NCBI GenBank assembly: GCA_964428845.1
Contig: CAYRZH010000004.1
Coordinates: forward strand, 3,228-67,227
DNA length: 64,000 nucleotides
Origin: an uncultured Candidatus Saccharibacteria bacterium
Lineage (GTDB): Bacteria; Patescibacteriota; Minisyncoccia; Phycocordibacterales; DATGWK01
Direction: 5' to 3'
Position 1 is the stretch's first letter; each line of letters begins with the position of its first letter. The position numbers and the translations under genes are program-made. This document shows, piece by piece, positions 41,824 through 51,538 of the stretch. The notes below the pieces were generated by a model. The model was given only the letters and a program-made list of their open reading frames with translations. It did no database searches and was not told where the DNA came from.

Positions 41824-42315
41824 CTATTGTTTCAAAATGGTATTTATCTTTTCCAAAAGCTCGCTTGTGCTGAATCGTCCATGATTTTCTAATCTCAATA
41901 ACGGTAACCCCGCATTTTTAAGCACTCGTTCGACCTCACCATCTCGGTCTTTGCGGTCTTGTCTCTCGTGCGTTCGGTCATCAAGTTCTATTGCAAGCTT
42001 TGGTGAGATATATGCTTTATCACACAAAACAAAATCTACTGATTTTTGGCTTATATGTCGAAATGCTCCCTTCCAGTTTTGACCAACTACTTTGTTGTCT
42101 ATAATTGAAGGAAGGTGAACCTGTGGAAAAACGTGATATTTTTCTCCCACAGCGACAACCAGAGCGTTATAGCATTCATGTTCTGCCCGAGACATAAAAA
42201 AGTTCTTTTGTTTGTACTGATATTTTTTTGGCTCATCTCTTCCACCACGAAAAATCCCAAGAATAATAATCGCTACTACCATGACCACGACAATTATAAT
42301 GATTGGACCTAACAT
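41824..42315 (-). CDS. DUF2726-family protein
   Basis: N-terminal TM; MSRAE, VDFVLCD, AIELDDRTH, RDGEVERVL..AGLPLLR. Confidence 0.85.
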   Translation of the reverse strand: MLGPIIIIVVVMVVAIIILGIFRGGRDEPKKYQYKQKNFFMSRAEHECYNALVVAVGEKYHVFPQVHLPSIIDNKVVGQNWKGAFRHISQKSVDFVLCDKAYISPKLAIELDDRTHERQDRKDRDGEVERVLKNAGLPLLRLENHGRFSTSELLEKINTILKQ

Positions 42316-42324
42316 GAAGACATT

Positions 42325-42855
42325 CTAGCTTATTTTACTATTTACTATTCCAAGCTCAACAAATCGCTTTTTCATAAAGGCATCTCGCTCTTTGTTTATT
42401 TCGTCATTATTTTTACCAGAAAACTTCATTTTCCCAGCTTCCATGTATACGGGGTAACGTTTTATATAACCTTTTGGATTATTCAGATAACCTATATAGC
42501 ATTCGAGTAGTTCATCGAAAACAACGTAGGCAGTAACAATGAAATCCACCGCCCCTAAAGCAAGTCCTTTCTTCATTTCTTCCTCCTGACTAAAATTACT
42601 CAAAAATATTACTGGTATATCTCTAGTTCTCGAGTCAGCTTTGAGCATTGTGATGGCCTCATACCCAGTAATTTTTGGCATTAGAATATCTAAAGAAATT
42701 AAGTCTGGTTTTATCTTTACAACTTGATTAACGAAATCTGGGTCTGGAATGTTAATTACCTCTGCATCCATTCCAGCATTTCTAAAACTTTTTAAGAACA
42801 AATCGGTTAAGAATTTATCGTCATCTACAATAAGAATTTTATATTTTTTGTTCAT
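42325..42855 (-). CDS. Single-domain response regulator with C-terminal extension
   Basis: ILIVDDD, PDLISLDILMP, IPVIFLSN, GAVDFI. Confidence 0.85.
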   Translation of the reverse strand: MNKKYKILIVDDDKFLTDLFLKSFRNAGMDAEVINIPDPDFVNQVVKIKPDLISLDILMPKITGYEAITMLKADSRTRDIPVIFLSNFSQEEEMKKGLALGAVDFIVTAYVVFDELLECYIGYLNNPKGYIKRYPVYMEAGKMKFSGKNNDEINKERDAFMKKRFVELGIVNSKIS

Positions 42856-42862
42856 AGTAATT

Positions 42863-43354
42863 TTAATTATTATTTATCTCTGCATTAAAATGCTTATCTG
42901 GGTGTTTTGCAAGCATCTCTTTGAGTTTATTGAAATTAGCATATTCATCTAAATTAAGGGGTGGCATCATAGGGCACCGATGATTTTTATCCCCTTCACA
43001 AGGATTGATTACAGCGTCTTTTGCCACACCATCAACAATTACGGTCTTACGCACAAAATCCCATGTCGCTTGGTCTAAAATCTCCATAATAAAAAATGGT
43101 CCCTCTGCTGGAAAATCGCTTCTGTTATCCTTCTTTAATTCTCCTTCAAGATTTACGAGATACCAATTCGCAAACAGGACTTCGTTGAAGATGGCCAAAT
43201 GGAAATCTCCTATAAGCATCTGTGCCGTCTTGGTTCTATATTTGAAAGTAATGTAGCTATCTTCCCCAGATGGAAACTTTCTCACTAAAACAAAAACACC
43301 ACGTTTGTATCCTGTAACGGTCGTATCGGTTGTTTTTTGGTTCTTTATTTCCAT
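42863..43354 (-). CDS. Hypothetical protein
   Basis: 163-aa ORF translationally coupled to res. Confidence 0.7.
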   Translation of the reverse strand: MEIKNQKTTDTTVTGYKRGVFVLVRKFPSGEDSYITFKYRTKTAQMLIGDFHLAIFNEVLFANWYLVNLEGELKKDNRSDFPAEGPFFIMEILDQATWDFVRKTVIVDGVAKDAVINPCEGDKNHRCPMMPPLNLDEYANFNKLKEMLAKHPDKHFNAEINNN

Positions 43355-46038
43355 TATTTTTTGTATAGTCTCACAACTTCACCAAAGTTCTTTGCTTTAT
43401 TATCATTCCACTCTTCCTGTCTTATATATAAAGCTTTATAGGTCATCCTGCTCTGCCGATTATTTACATCCTCACACCACAGGACCAATCTTTCAAACTT
43501 AAGTTTGTCATCTTCTCCTTCTCTCCCCTTGGTCTCAATAATAAATACATTTTTATCGTCTTGCTTTACGAAAAAATCAGGGTAATAAGTGGCTATAAAA
43601 CCTTCTTCGTTTTTATATTCTATTCGGAGAGCATTTGCTTCTTTGTTTTTGAAATTCTTAGCAAACGAAACAATATCATCACACTTCTCAAGAAAATCCG
43701 AAAAGGTGAGCTCAAAATCACTATCACCGACAATCTTATTGAATACTGACTTCTTAGGTATTAGGTATGACTTATCATTCACTACGAACGGTCTGGCATC
43801 GCTAATCTTTATATAATTCCTTATTTCGGCATCACCTTTATCTTCGACCGTAAGCTCGTTGATACCTTTCTTAAATACATCCTTTATCAGCTTTATATAC
43901 TCAACTTCGGAGAGGTTCCTTAGAATGTTGAGGTCTGAAAGATTTATAGGGTCGTCAAACATATACTCCTCAACGAAGTCTTTGACCTTCCCGAACAAAA
44001 TGTCGTAGCAACCGAACAATCTCAATTCTCTCATTATGGCTTGAGCAAAGAATCCAACAACACTCTGATAATTGGGCTCAATGTCTCCAGACAAGATGGT
44101 TGTATGGTGCACTTTCTCATCTACAACATCTTTGAAAACTATTTCTCTTTTTTCCTGTTCAGTGAAAGTCTTAATTTTAACTTTCTTATTTCCAAACCTA
44201 GAAACATCCAATTCAGCTAAATTCTTATACTCTCTTTGTATCCTTGGAGACAACACAGGAATTTCAATATCAAGTTTTTCTATGTCTTTTTTAGGATTTT
44301 CTTTATCAACTTCTACGACCATTGGAGTAATCGGCTTAGTTCCTCTACCCATCAACCGCTTCTCAAGCAATACACCTTCACCCCTAATAGACTCAACAAA
44401 GTCCATAAATGCTGGCGTTCCGATAACACTCACATATTCTTCAACATCCTCTCTTCCAAAGAACATTCTTCTCAAGCCTCGGCCAAGTGTCTGTTCTGGC
44501 AATATTTTAGAGTCTGCGGCATAGGGGCGTAGTCCCACAATTGTAGTAACATTTTTCACATCCCAGCCTTCCTTGAGCATCATCACTGAAACGATGACCT
44601 TGAATGGGCTCTCCCAGCTATCTATGTTGTTGGCTTGTTTTCTTAACACCTCCAGTTCTTCCTTGTTTCTTCCAGAAACATTTTCTGAAATTTCACCGCT
44701 TTTGTTTGTGTGTATGGTCAGGACCGCACCTTTTAGGTCTGCGAAACTCGTCTGAATATACTCAGCCACTTCATCACAATTCTGCGTATCATCAGTCATT
44801 ATGAAAAGGATTGATTTCTTGCCAGCAGGTTCAAGTTCTTTGTATGTTTTTCTCCACTCTTCAATACCAAGATTTATATAGTCTCTATACTTTTCACTAA
44901 ACAAGGTACTCTGATTTGGTTTCAATTTCCCTCGGCTCGCCTCATCAGGAACAACAGGTGTTTTAACTATTCTCTGATGAATTGCCTCCACTAGAGGATA
45001 GTCAGAAATTGTCTGCACAAATATGGACCCATCATTTTTCTTAGGAGTAGCTGTAACATCAAGTTGCAACGATAATTTTGTACCCTTTTGCTTCAGTTTA
45101 TTATCTATATCTCTTATAGATTTTAACCAAGCATTTTCTTCGTGAATATGGTGAGCCTCATCATTTATAACAACCAATTCATCAATATCTCTTACTATCA
45201 TTCCCAAATCAACTGTTGAGTCGCTAGTTTTTGTTACTGGTTTGTCACCCAAGAAATAGTCCGAGGCATCAGAGTCGTCGGCACTTGCCTCTCTAACATC
45301 ACTTTCAAAAACTCTATGAATGTTGGTTAGAAAAATATTGCCCGTGTCAGAAATTCCCCTTAGGTCGTCTTGGAGGTGTAAGGTTATTTGAAAATCATCT
45401 TTCCAATTCTGTCCTTGGTAACCGTTGTCTGGTAATACTGGGTCTGTAAAAAATATCTTCAATCCTTCAAAGTCATTTCTAATCCTTTCAAAAACAATAA
45501 CATTGGGTGTTATAAGAAGAAAATTTTTTGCCAAGCTTGAATTTGGTTCATACAATTTATGAAAATACGCCCAAGCGACAAGTAAACTCATTATTTTGGT
45601 CTTACCTGCACCAGTAGCCATTTTGATAACAAACCGAAGCCAGTCTTCTGTGAACATTCCAGCACTCAATACACCTGTAGAGTTATATCTAATTAAGTCG
45701 TGTTTATCTTTGACTTTAGCAACCTCATAGAGCCATATAACGGTCTCTATGGCTTCTCTTTGAGCAAAGTAGTAACGAAATGTATAAGTGGACCCATCCT
45801 TGTCATAGAGAATATGCTCGTCCTTAAACCACCAATTCAGAAGAGTCTTTGAGGTATCGCTTGCTCCTTCATAATTTTTATCTCGCCAACCTTGGACCTT
45901 TTTTCTTAAGTCTGCAACTAGAGGTGGCAGAAGTTTGTCGTAACCCTTCTCTCTCAAGTCCTCGTCAGCAGGGAACCATCTGATAGCTGGGTCCAGAATT
46001 GCATATGGGTCACGTGGAAAATTTTTATGCAGTGCCAT
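43354..46038 (-). CDS. res: Type III restriction subunit Res
   Basis: MATGAGKT, NDEAHH, EQTLGRGLR helicase motifs; C-terminal YYPDF..IIETKG nuclease. Confidence 0.92.
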   Translation of the reverse strand: MALHKNFPRDPYAILDPAIRWFPADEDLREKGYDKLLPPLVADLRKKVQGWRDKNYEGASDTSKTLLNWWFKDEHILYDKDGSTYTFRYYFAQREAIETVIWLYEVAKVKDKHDLIRYNSTGVLSAGMFTEDWLRFVIKMATGAGKTKIMSLLVAWAYFHKLYEPNSSLAKNFLLITPNVIVFERIRNDFEGLKIFFTDPVLPDNGYQGQNWKDDFQITLHLQDDLRGISDTGNIFLTNIHRVFESDVREASADDSDASDYFLGDKPVTKTSDSTVDLGMIVRDIDELVVINDEAHHIHEENAWLKSIRDIDNKLKQKGTKLSLQLDVTATPKKNDGSIFVQTISDYPLVEAIHQRIVKTPVVPDEASRGKLKPNQSTLFSEKYRDYINLGIEEWRKTYKELEPAGKKSILFIMTDDTQNCDEVAEYIQTSFADLKGAVLTIHTNKSGEISENVSGRNKEELEVLRKQANNIDSWESPFKVIVSVMMLKEGWDVKNVTTIVGLRPYAADSKILPEQTLGRGLRRMFFGREDVEEYVSVIGTPAFMDFVESIRGEGVLLEKRLMGRGTKPITPMVVEVDKENPKKDIEKLDIEIPVLSPRIQREYKNLAELDVSRFGNKKVKIKTFTEQEKREIVFKDVVDEKVHHTTILSGDIEPNYQSVVGFFAQAIMRELRLFGCYDILFGKVKDFVEEYMFDDPINLSDLNILRNLSEVEYIKLIKDVFKKGINELTVEDKGDAEIRNYIKISDARPFVVNDKSYLIPKKSVFNKIVGDSDFELTFSDFLEKCDDIVSFAKNFKNKEANALRIEYKNEEGFIATYYPDFFVKQDDKNVFIIETKGREGEDDKLKFERLVLWCEDVNNRQSRMTYKALYIRQEEWNDNKAKNFGEVVRLYKK

Positions 46039-46039
46039 A

Positions 46040-48217
46040 TTAAATTTTGACTTCTATTACTCTGGTAGTGTCATTGCCAAAAATATCCACAACTTTCACT
46101 GCTACTTTATATGTCCCCTTCGGCATTTCCCTTGAACCAGAAACCAGCTCAAGGTTCCTGTTCTTTTTTGTTCTAAAACTTTGCCATTCATTATCAAAGA
46201 TATAGTCTCCAGTCCAAATCTCTTTTTCCTTGCCATCCTTGACTACTCTTACAATTTCCTTGCGGTCCGCAAAGTTAAAATCCACAGCCCAATAATCAAC
46301 CCAGTCACTCCATTTTTTAGTCAAAATTTCCCTTGAAACAAGTTCTGTTTTCTTGTCTTTACTTATTTTGATTACCTGACCATTTTCAATAACAATCTTA
46401 GAGCCCCCAGCCCGTAAATCTTCCTCAATTTCACCCGTATTGTCTTGGTTGTAAAAAACTGAAAAATCAGACAGTTCGATAGAAAGTTCTTTATTATTTC
46501 CTTTGCCTTTTACTATTGGTTTAACTTCAATATATGCAACATCATAAAATTTCACTTGGCCCTTTTCTACTGCTCTCTTATCAAATACTTCCCTCGGAAT
46601 TATCTTAAAAACAATGTCCAGCCCATCATCTTTGTATTCTTGAAAATCAAGACCCATCTCATAATCAAATCCGAGCACATCAATCTTCGTAATACCCTTC
46701 GTCTTACATTCTTTAGCAATACTTTTTATAAGTTGGTGGGATACAGGTAGATTTACAGGACCAACCGCTACTAACCTATCCCTCTTCTTTCCTGTGATAG
46801 TAGTAAATGATTCAATGGGTTCAGCTTTATATGCAGAAAGAATTAAGCTAATAAATTCCTTCTCTTTCCTCTCTGCTTGCTTTGCTTTCTGTTCAGCACG
46901 AAGGTCAGTGTTTATTGAGAGGAAATTTTCCCGTTCATATCTACCTACGTTCAAAATCTCAAACGCCCTAAAGTTCTTTTTTTCTTTCTTAAGTTGTCTC
47001 TGAACATCTATCAACCTCTTTCTTGATGTGTGTATCCCAAACTTTCCAAGGTCGGTCCCTATCCATTTTCTACCAAGTTTTTCGGCAACAGCTAGGGTGG
47101 TCCCCGAACCACAGAAGAAATCAGCCACCAAATCTCCTTCTTTTGAAGATGCTTCCACAATTCTTCTTAGTAATGCTTCTGATTTTTGTGTCGGGTAATC
47201 AATGTTTTCTGGTGATTTTGGGTCTACTTTTTTTATATACCAACTTGAACCAACAACAGCTCCTTTTACATCAAAAATAACGTCATCGTCTCTCGGCTCT
47301 CTTTTATTGTCTTTAATAAACCTATCTAAGTAAGTAGTAAATCTAATATCATCTTTTGGATAGTATTTACCGTATATTTTATTTTCAACAAGATATTTTC
47401 CCCACCTCTTAAAATTAACCTGTTCTTCCGAATTATCCTCGTGTTGCCGATTAAAAAAATCGTTATTACTTTTTTTATAAAAGAGAATTAAATTATGCCG
47501 CCTTGGAAAATATGTTTTTGGTTCAACCCACGAACCCTGATAAGACCAAACGATTTCATTACGATAAGAATCTTTACCAAAAATCTCGTCCATAATCAAT
47601 CGCATATAGCTATTAACTCTGTGGTCACAATGCACATAAATACTTCCGTCTTCTGCAAGCAAATCGTGCATCAATTTCAATCGCTCATAAATCATCGCTA
47701 TAAAACTATCTGCACCTTTGCCCCAAGTGTCACGATAAGCAATTTCTTCTATAACGGATGGCTTTTTAGTGAAATTTTCTTCGTCATCACCCTCACCAAT
47801 CTTAATATCCATAGAAAAATCGGCTCCAACGTCAAAAGGTGGGTCAATGTAAATCAATTTTAAACCTCCTTGTGCATCTATTTCTTTTCTAAGAGGACCG
47901 TTCTTAAGCGAGGAGAGAATGAGCTTGTTATCTCCCCAAATAAGTTTGTTGGTCCAGCCAGTGATTTGTCTTCCCTCAGTATCAAAAAGTGAATCCTGCA
48001 ATCCAATCTTTCCTTCGCTTCTGGGTTCATCTATCTGTTCTATTGTTTGAAATGGCAAGACGACATTCGTAACTTCATTTGTTTTTCCATTCCATAAAAG
48101 CTCTACATCTCTGTCATCTTTGAATAGTAAAAAGCGATACTTATCTGGCAGTGGTTTCCCAGCCTCCAAGTATTTCATCACGTCTCGTTTTTCATTGTCG
48201 GATAGGTGTAGAGGCAT
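46040..48217 (-). CDS. mod: Type III modification methyltransferase Mod (N6-adenine, beta class)
   Basis: [26 protein letters not shown]; coupled to res. Confidence 0.92.
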   Translation of the reverse strand: MPLHLSDNEKRDVMKYLEAGKPLPDKYRFLLFKDDRDVELLWNGKTNEVTNVVLPFQTIEQIDEPRSEGKIGLQDSLFDTEGRQITGWTNKLIWGDNKLILSSLKNGPLRKEIDAQGGLKLIYIDPPFDVGADFSMDIKIGEGDDEENFTKKPSVIEEIAYRDTWGKGADSFIAMIYERLKLMHDLLAEDGSIYVHCDHRVNSYMRLIMDEIFGKDSYRNEIVWSYQGSWVEPKTYFPRRHNLILFYKKSNNDFFNRQHEDNSEEQVNFKRWGKYLVENKIYGKYYPKDDIRFTTYLDRFIKDNKREPRDDDVIFDVKGAVVGSSWYIKKVDPKSPENIDYPTQKSEALLRRIVEASSKEGDLVADFFCGSGTTLAVAEKLGRKWIGTDLGKFGIHTSRKRLIDVQRQLKKEKKNFRAFEILNVGRYERENFLSINTDLRAEQKAKQAERKEKEFISLILSAYKAEPIESFTTITGKKRDRLVAVGPVNLPVSHQLIKSIAKECKTKGITKIDVLGFDYEMGLDFQEYKDDGLDIVFKIIPREVFDKRAVEKGQVKFYDVAYIEVKPIVKGKGNNKELSIELSDFSVFYNQDNTGEIEEDLRAGGSKIVIENGQVIKISKDKKTELVSREILTKKWSDWVDYWAVDFNFADRKEIVRVVKDGKEKEIWTGDYIFDNEWQSFRTKKNRNLELVSGSREMPKGTYKVAVKVVDIFGNDTTRVIEVKI

Positions 48218-48262
48218 GGATGACTATAAGTATCCTCAAAATAAATATATCACTTTGAGGGT

Positions 48263-48293
48263 GATACTGATAGTCCGTCGCCTTATAGGCATC
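48263..48293 (+). promoter_or_regulatory. C-box-like double operator
   Basis: GATACTGATAGTC-CGTC-GCCTTATAGGCATC resembles GACT-N3-AGTC pairs around a central CGT; ~20 nt before the XRE gene. Confidence 0.6.
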
Positions 48294-48312
48294 ATAGCTC
48301 TAGGCTTAAGGT

Positions 48313-48534
48313 GTGAAAAAACGAAGTGAAAATCTAAATAAGCTAGGGAAAAGAATTATTGAGTTACGTCATCATAAGGGCTTCTCCTCTCAAATTGCTT
48401 TAGCTAATAAGGCAGGGATGGACCGTACCTATATCGGTGGTATTGAACGTGGAGAAAGAAACCCGACTTTTGAAGTGCTTGAAAAGTTAGCGAGGGCAAT
48501 CGGGGTCAGCATGGAAGAACTATTTAGGTTCTAA
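48313..48534 (+). CDS. XRE-family HTH regulator, R-M controller (C-protein)-like
   Basis: LGKRIIELR..SQIALANKAGMDRTYIGGIERGERNPT. Confidence 0.88.
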   Translation: MKKRSENLNKLGKRIIELRHHKGFSSQIALANKAGMDRTYIGGIERGERNPTFEVLEKLARAIGVSMEELFRF

Positions 48535-48610
48535 CTACAATATAGATTTGCGGACATGAGGTTGAAAAAACTCCAAAATAGGAGTAGATTTGGCGTAAAT
48601 TACAATTACA

Positions 48611-50875
48611 ATGAGCCAATTATTTGAACGTTTTTCATCAAAAGAAAACCTTAAGAAAGCTTTTTTATACCTTAGAGACGAGGCTAATGAGAGCTCGTTG
48701 CCCCTAGACCCAATTTGGAGACCCACTATAAGTGCTGTGGCGAATCTTGGTGATAAATTTTTTGAATCGCTACAAAATTACTTGCGGAATGAAAAATATA
48801 ATCCCGACAAAGCTAGCTATATCTATGCCGACAAAGATAATATGGGAGTGCGACCTGTTTGCGTATTTTCGGTAATAGACAGAATTATTTTCCAAGCATT
48901 ACTTAATCCGTGGGTTTTGGGGGATATTATTGATAAGAAGTTATGCAATGCCTGCTTTGGTAATCGTATTGCAGGAAATGAACTCTTTCTAAAAATATAC
49001 AAAAATCAATGGGCAGAATTTTGTGACAAACAAGTAGAGGCTTACAAAAAAGGATTGGTGTGGAGAGTGGAATTTGATATACAAACTTTTTATGAAAATA
49101 TACACATAGAAACTCTTTTAGAAACTATCAGAGAGGAGTTCGGGGTCAATGATTCTAATATTCTTGGGATTCTTGAACATCAATTAAGAACTTGGTCTGA
49201 AACTAGAACCATGTGCGGTATCCCCCAAGGACCCAGAGCCTCTCATATTTTAGCGAATGCATATCTATTTCCCCTAGATACTCTGATTGATAATCAAAAA
49301 GGAGATGGTGGGTTTGAATTTTTCCGTTATGCGGACGATATAGTAATAATGGCTAAGGATTCAGATAAAATTAATCGTATTGTTTCTGAAATTCAATTAT
49401 TTGTGAGGAAATTTAATTTGAAACTAAACGATAAAACAAGACTAGAGAAACTTAGGGATACCAAAAAGATAGAGGAGCTGAAATTCTATAATCCATACGG
49501 AGAAATCAATGAGACATCTAAACAAAAGGTTGAAAAAATAGGTAAAAAATTACCTAGCATATTTCGTAAGCTCAAAAGAGGAGAGGACTTGTTGAAAACT
49601 GAATTGAGCGGACTAAGATATTTTCTGAAAGCCAAGGGGGGCATTGAAAACTCAAAACTTCTTGATGAACTAATTTACCTAATACCCCGCAAACCATCTT
49701 TAGTAAATTTGATTTGCCAATATATAGGCTATTACTTCTCGGGTCAAAATGAAATCGAGGAAGGAGAGATTTCTTATGAGAAACCAACTAAGGAGCTCAA
49801 AGAAAAGTACGGAAAGGTGTGGAATATCTATGTTAATAATTCTCTTTCTGAGTGGGCCAAATTTTCCCTTTTGAAAGTCTTATCCGCCCCTTTGTTTGCA
49901 ATCTCACACAAGGGCTTTAGAAATGAAATCGATAAGATTGTTATTAGCCCCAAAACAAAATTCTTGAGACCGATAGCATTTTTTTACAAAGGGTATGTCA
50001 GAGATTTTTCTCTGGCCGAAGAAGCAAAAAAAGGTCATTCTTTGGATAAAATAGAATTAGGATTTAGTTTGGATGATATTAAAAGGCAGATAAGAAATTC
50101 TGAAACTGAATCCGAAAAAGCAACCTATTATTATTTTTCAGTTTACCTAAAAGGATACGAAGACAAAGACGTAATTAAGAATTTAGTGTATGAAGCTCTT
50201 ACTTCAGAATCCCTAGAGATACAAACGATTGGCATCTTTCTTGTGGAAAAACTCTACCGAGTTCCAGTTCCAGTATTGGTAAAAAGACACCCCCATACCC
50301 TAGAAGGAAAAAATCTGAAAATAAATATGAAGCATACCGATGCTTGGGATATTGATTTATCAGAAAAGAATATAGCAAGTCTAGTTAGGTTATATTTCAA
50401 GCTTTCACCACCAACCAAGCCATCTTCAAAAATTAAAGATGACTTTCTTACATCTGAAGGAAAAATTGCTCCAAACAAACTTAATCAATCATTCGGTATT
50501 CCTATTCCATTACCAGTTAGAATCGTGAAATCTACCAGCGAAAAAAAGAAAACAAAATCTTCTACAAAACTTTTTCTAAATCAAACTGGAGATTTATGGA
50601 GAGACCCTAAAGAAAAATACTGTTATGGAATGGGAGAAAAAAGTGATAGACATAAAACTGTCCGTTACCTTTTTCAGAATAAGGGCTACTCTGACACATC
50701 AGTAATTTCGTCCCAATTTGAAAGTAAGAGCAAAAAATCAATACGAACAGAAATAGGTAAGTTAAATAAAAAAATTACAGGTTCATTAAAACTGAAATCA
50801 AAAGTAATTCAAGGTAGAAAAGAGAGTGGATACAGAATCAATCCTGTATACTCAATTTCTATAAAAAAAGAGTGA
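48611..50875 (+). CDS. Reverse transcriptase (UG/Abi-like, probably defence-associated) with long helical region and putative C-terminal winged-helix
   Basis: DRIIFQA, EFDIQTFYENI, GIPQGP..SHILAN, FRYADDIV, LKLNDKT; ~470 aa beyond the RT core ending GRKESGYRINP. Confidence 0.85.
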   Translation: MSQLFERFSSKENLKKAFLYLRDEANESSLPLDPIWRPTISAVANLGDKFFESLQNYLRNEKYNPDKASYIYADKDNMGVRPVCVFSVIDRIIFQALLNPWVLGDIIDKKLCNACFGNRIAGNELFLKIYKNQWAEFCDKQVEAYKKGLVWRVEFDIQTFYENIHIETLLETIREEFGVNDSNILGILEHQLRTWSETRTMCGIPQGPRASHILANAYLFPLDTLIDNQKGDGGFEFFRYADDIVIMAKDSDKINRIVSEIQLFVRKFNLKLNDKTRLEKLRDTKKIEELKFYNPYGEINETSKQKVEKIGKKLPSIFRKLKRGEDLLKTELSGLRYFLKAKGGIENSKLLDELIYLIPRKPSLVNLICQYIGYYFSGQNEIEEGEISYEKPTKELKEKYGKVWNIYVNNSLSEWAKFSLLKVLSAPLFAISHKGFRNEIDKIVISPKTKFLRPIAFFYKGYVRDFSLAEEAKKGHSLDKIELGFSLDDIKRQIRNSETESEKATYYYFSVYLKGYEDKDVIKNLVYEALTSESLEIQTIGIFLVEKLYRVPVPVLVKRHPHTLEGKNLKINMKHTDAWDIDLSEKNIASLVRLYFKLSPPTKPSSKIKDDFLTSEGKIAPNKLNQSFGIPIPLPVRIVKSTSEKKKTKSSTKLFLNQTGDLWRDPKEKYCYGMGEKSDRHKTVRYLFQNKGYSDTSVISSQFESKSKKSIRTEIGKLNKKITGSLKLKSKVIQGRKESGYRINPVYSISIKKE

Positions 50876-51027
50876 TACTCCACTGATAATGTTCATAAGT
50901 TATAAGAGAAACGGCTAACTTTAGCTGTTTTTTATTTTTTTAATTGTAGCAAGGACGTATGTAAAGCGTACCGCCTTATTTTCTATTCTTAACACAGGTC
51001 AACAATTATTAATCGACCAAAATTACA

Positions 51028-51327
51028 ATGACAAACAAAAAAACAAACGGGCCAACAGCATCAGAGGAATACGAAATTATACCCCTTGATGATAGTTCCA
51101 ACTTTTTTTATTCGTTTGATTTGGGACTTGCAACTGCACTGATAACAGTGGGGTTTTCGCTTGTCTCACTAGACCGCCAAAATTTACGCAAAGTTCAATT
51201 TGTCTTCCGCCGTGGAGACGGAATGGACGAGGTTGTTGATGCGTACTGGGCCGATAGTCTTGAGGTAAAGGCTAGAAAATACTTTGATGCCCTCAAGATG
51301 TTAAAAAACCGCTTATATAGCGAATAA
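51028..51327 (+). CDS. Small hypothetical protein (DUF5659-like)
   Basis: DLGLATAL..G F.L..LDR..KVQFVF..YW..LKNRLY pattern; first gene of the replication module. Confidence 0.65.
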   Translation: MTNKKTNGPTASEEYEIIPLDDSSNFFYSFDLGLATALITVGFSLVSLDRQNLRKVQFVFRRGDGMDEVVDAYWADSLEVKARKYFDALKMLKNRLYSE

Positions 51328-51330
51328 TTT

Positions 51331-51528
51331 ATGGTTTTGTCGGACCAAGACATTCTAAAGTTCCAAGCTCTCTATAAAAGCGAGTTCGGAATGGAAATCA
51401 ACAAAGAAGATGCCTATGAGAAAGGCATCAAACTCTTGCGACTGATGTCAATTGTCTGCAAACCAATAGCACAGAAGGAGTTTGACCATACCCAGATACG
51501 TGAACAGGAAATAAAACCATTACCATAA
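51331..51528 (+). CDS. Small hypothetical protein
   Basis: MVLSDQDILKFQALYKSEFGMEI; tight spacing in operon. Confidence 0.65.
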   Translation: MVLSDQDILKFQALYKSEFGMEINKEDAYEKGIKLLRLMSIVCKPIAQKEFDHTQIREQEIKPLP

Positions 51529-51538
51529 AAATAAAAAT

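Noticed and set aside
48611-50875. Retron or CRISPR-associated RT
   Set aside because: No VTG motif, no msr-msd inverted arms in the 76-bp upstream gap, and no cas1 or array in the window.
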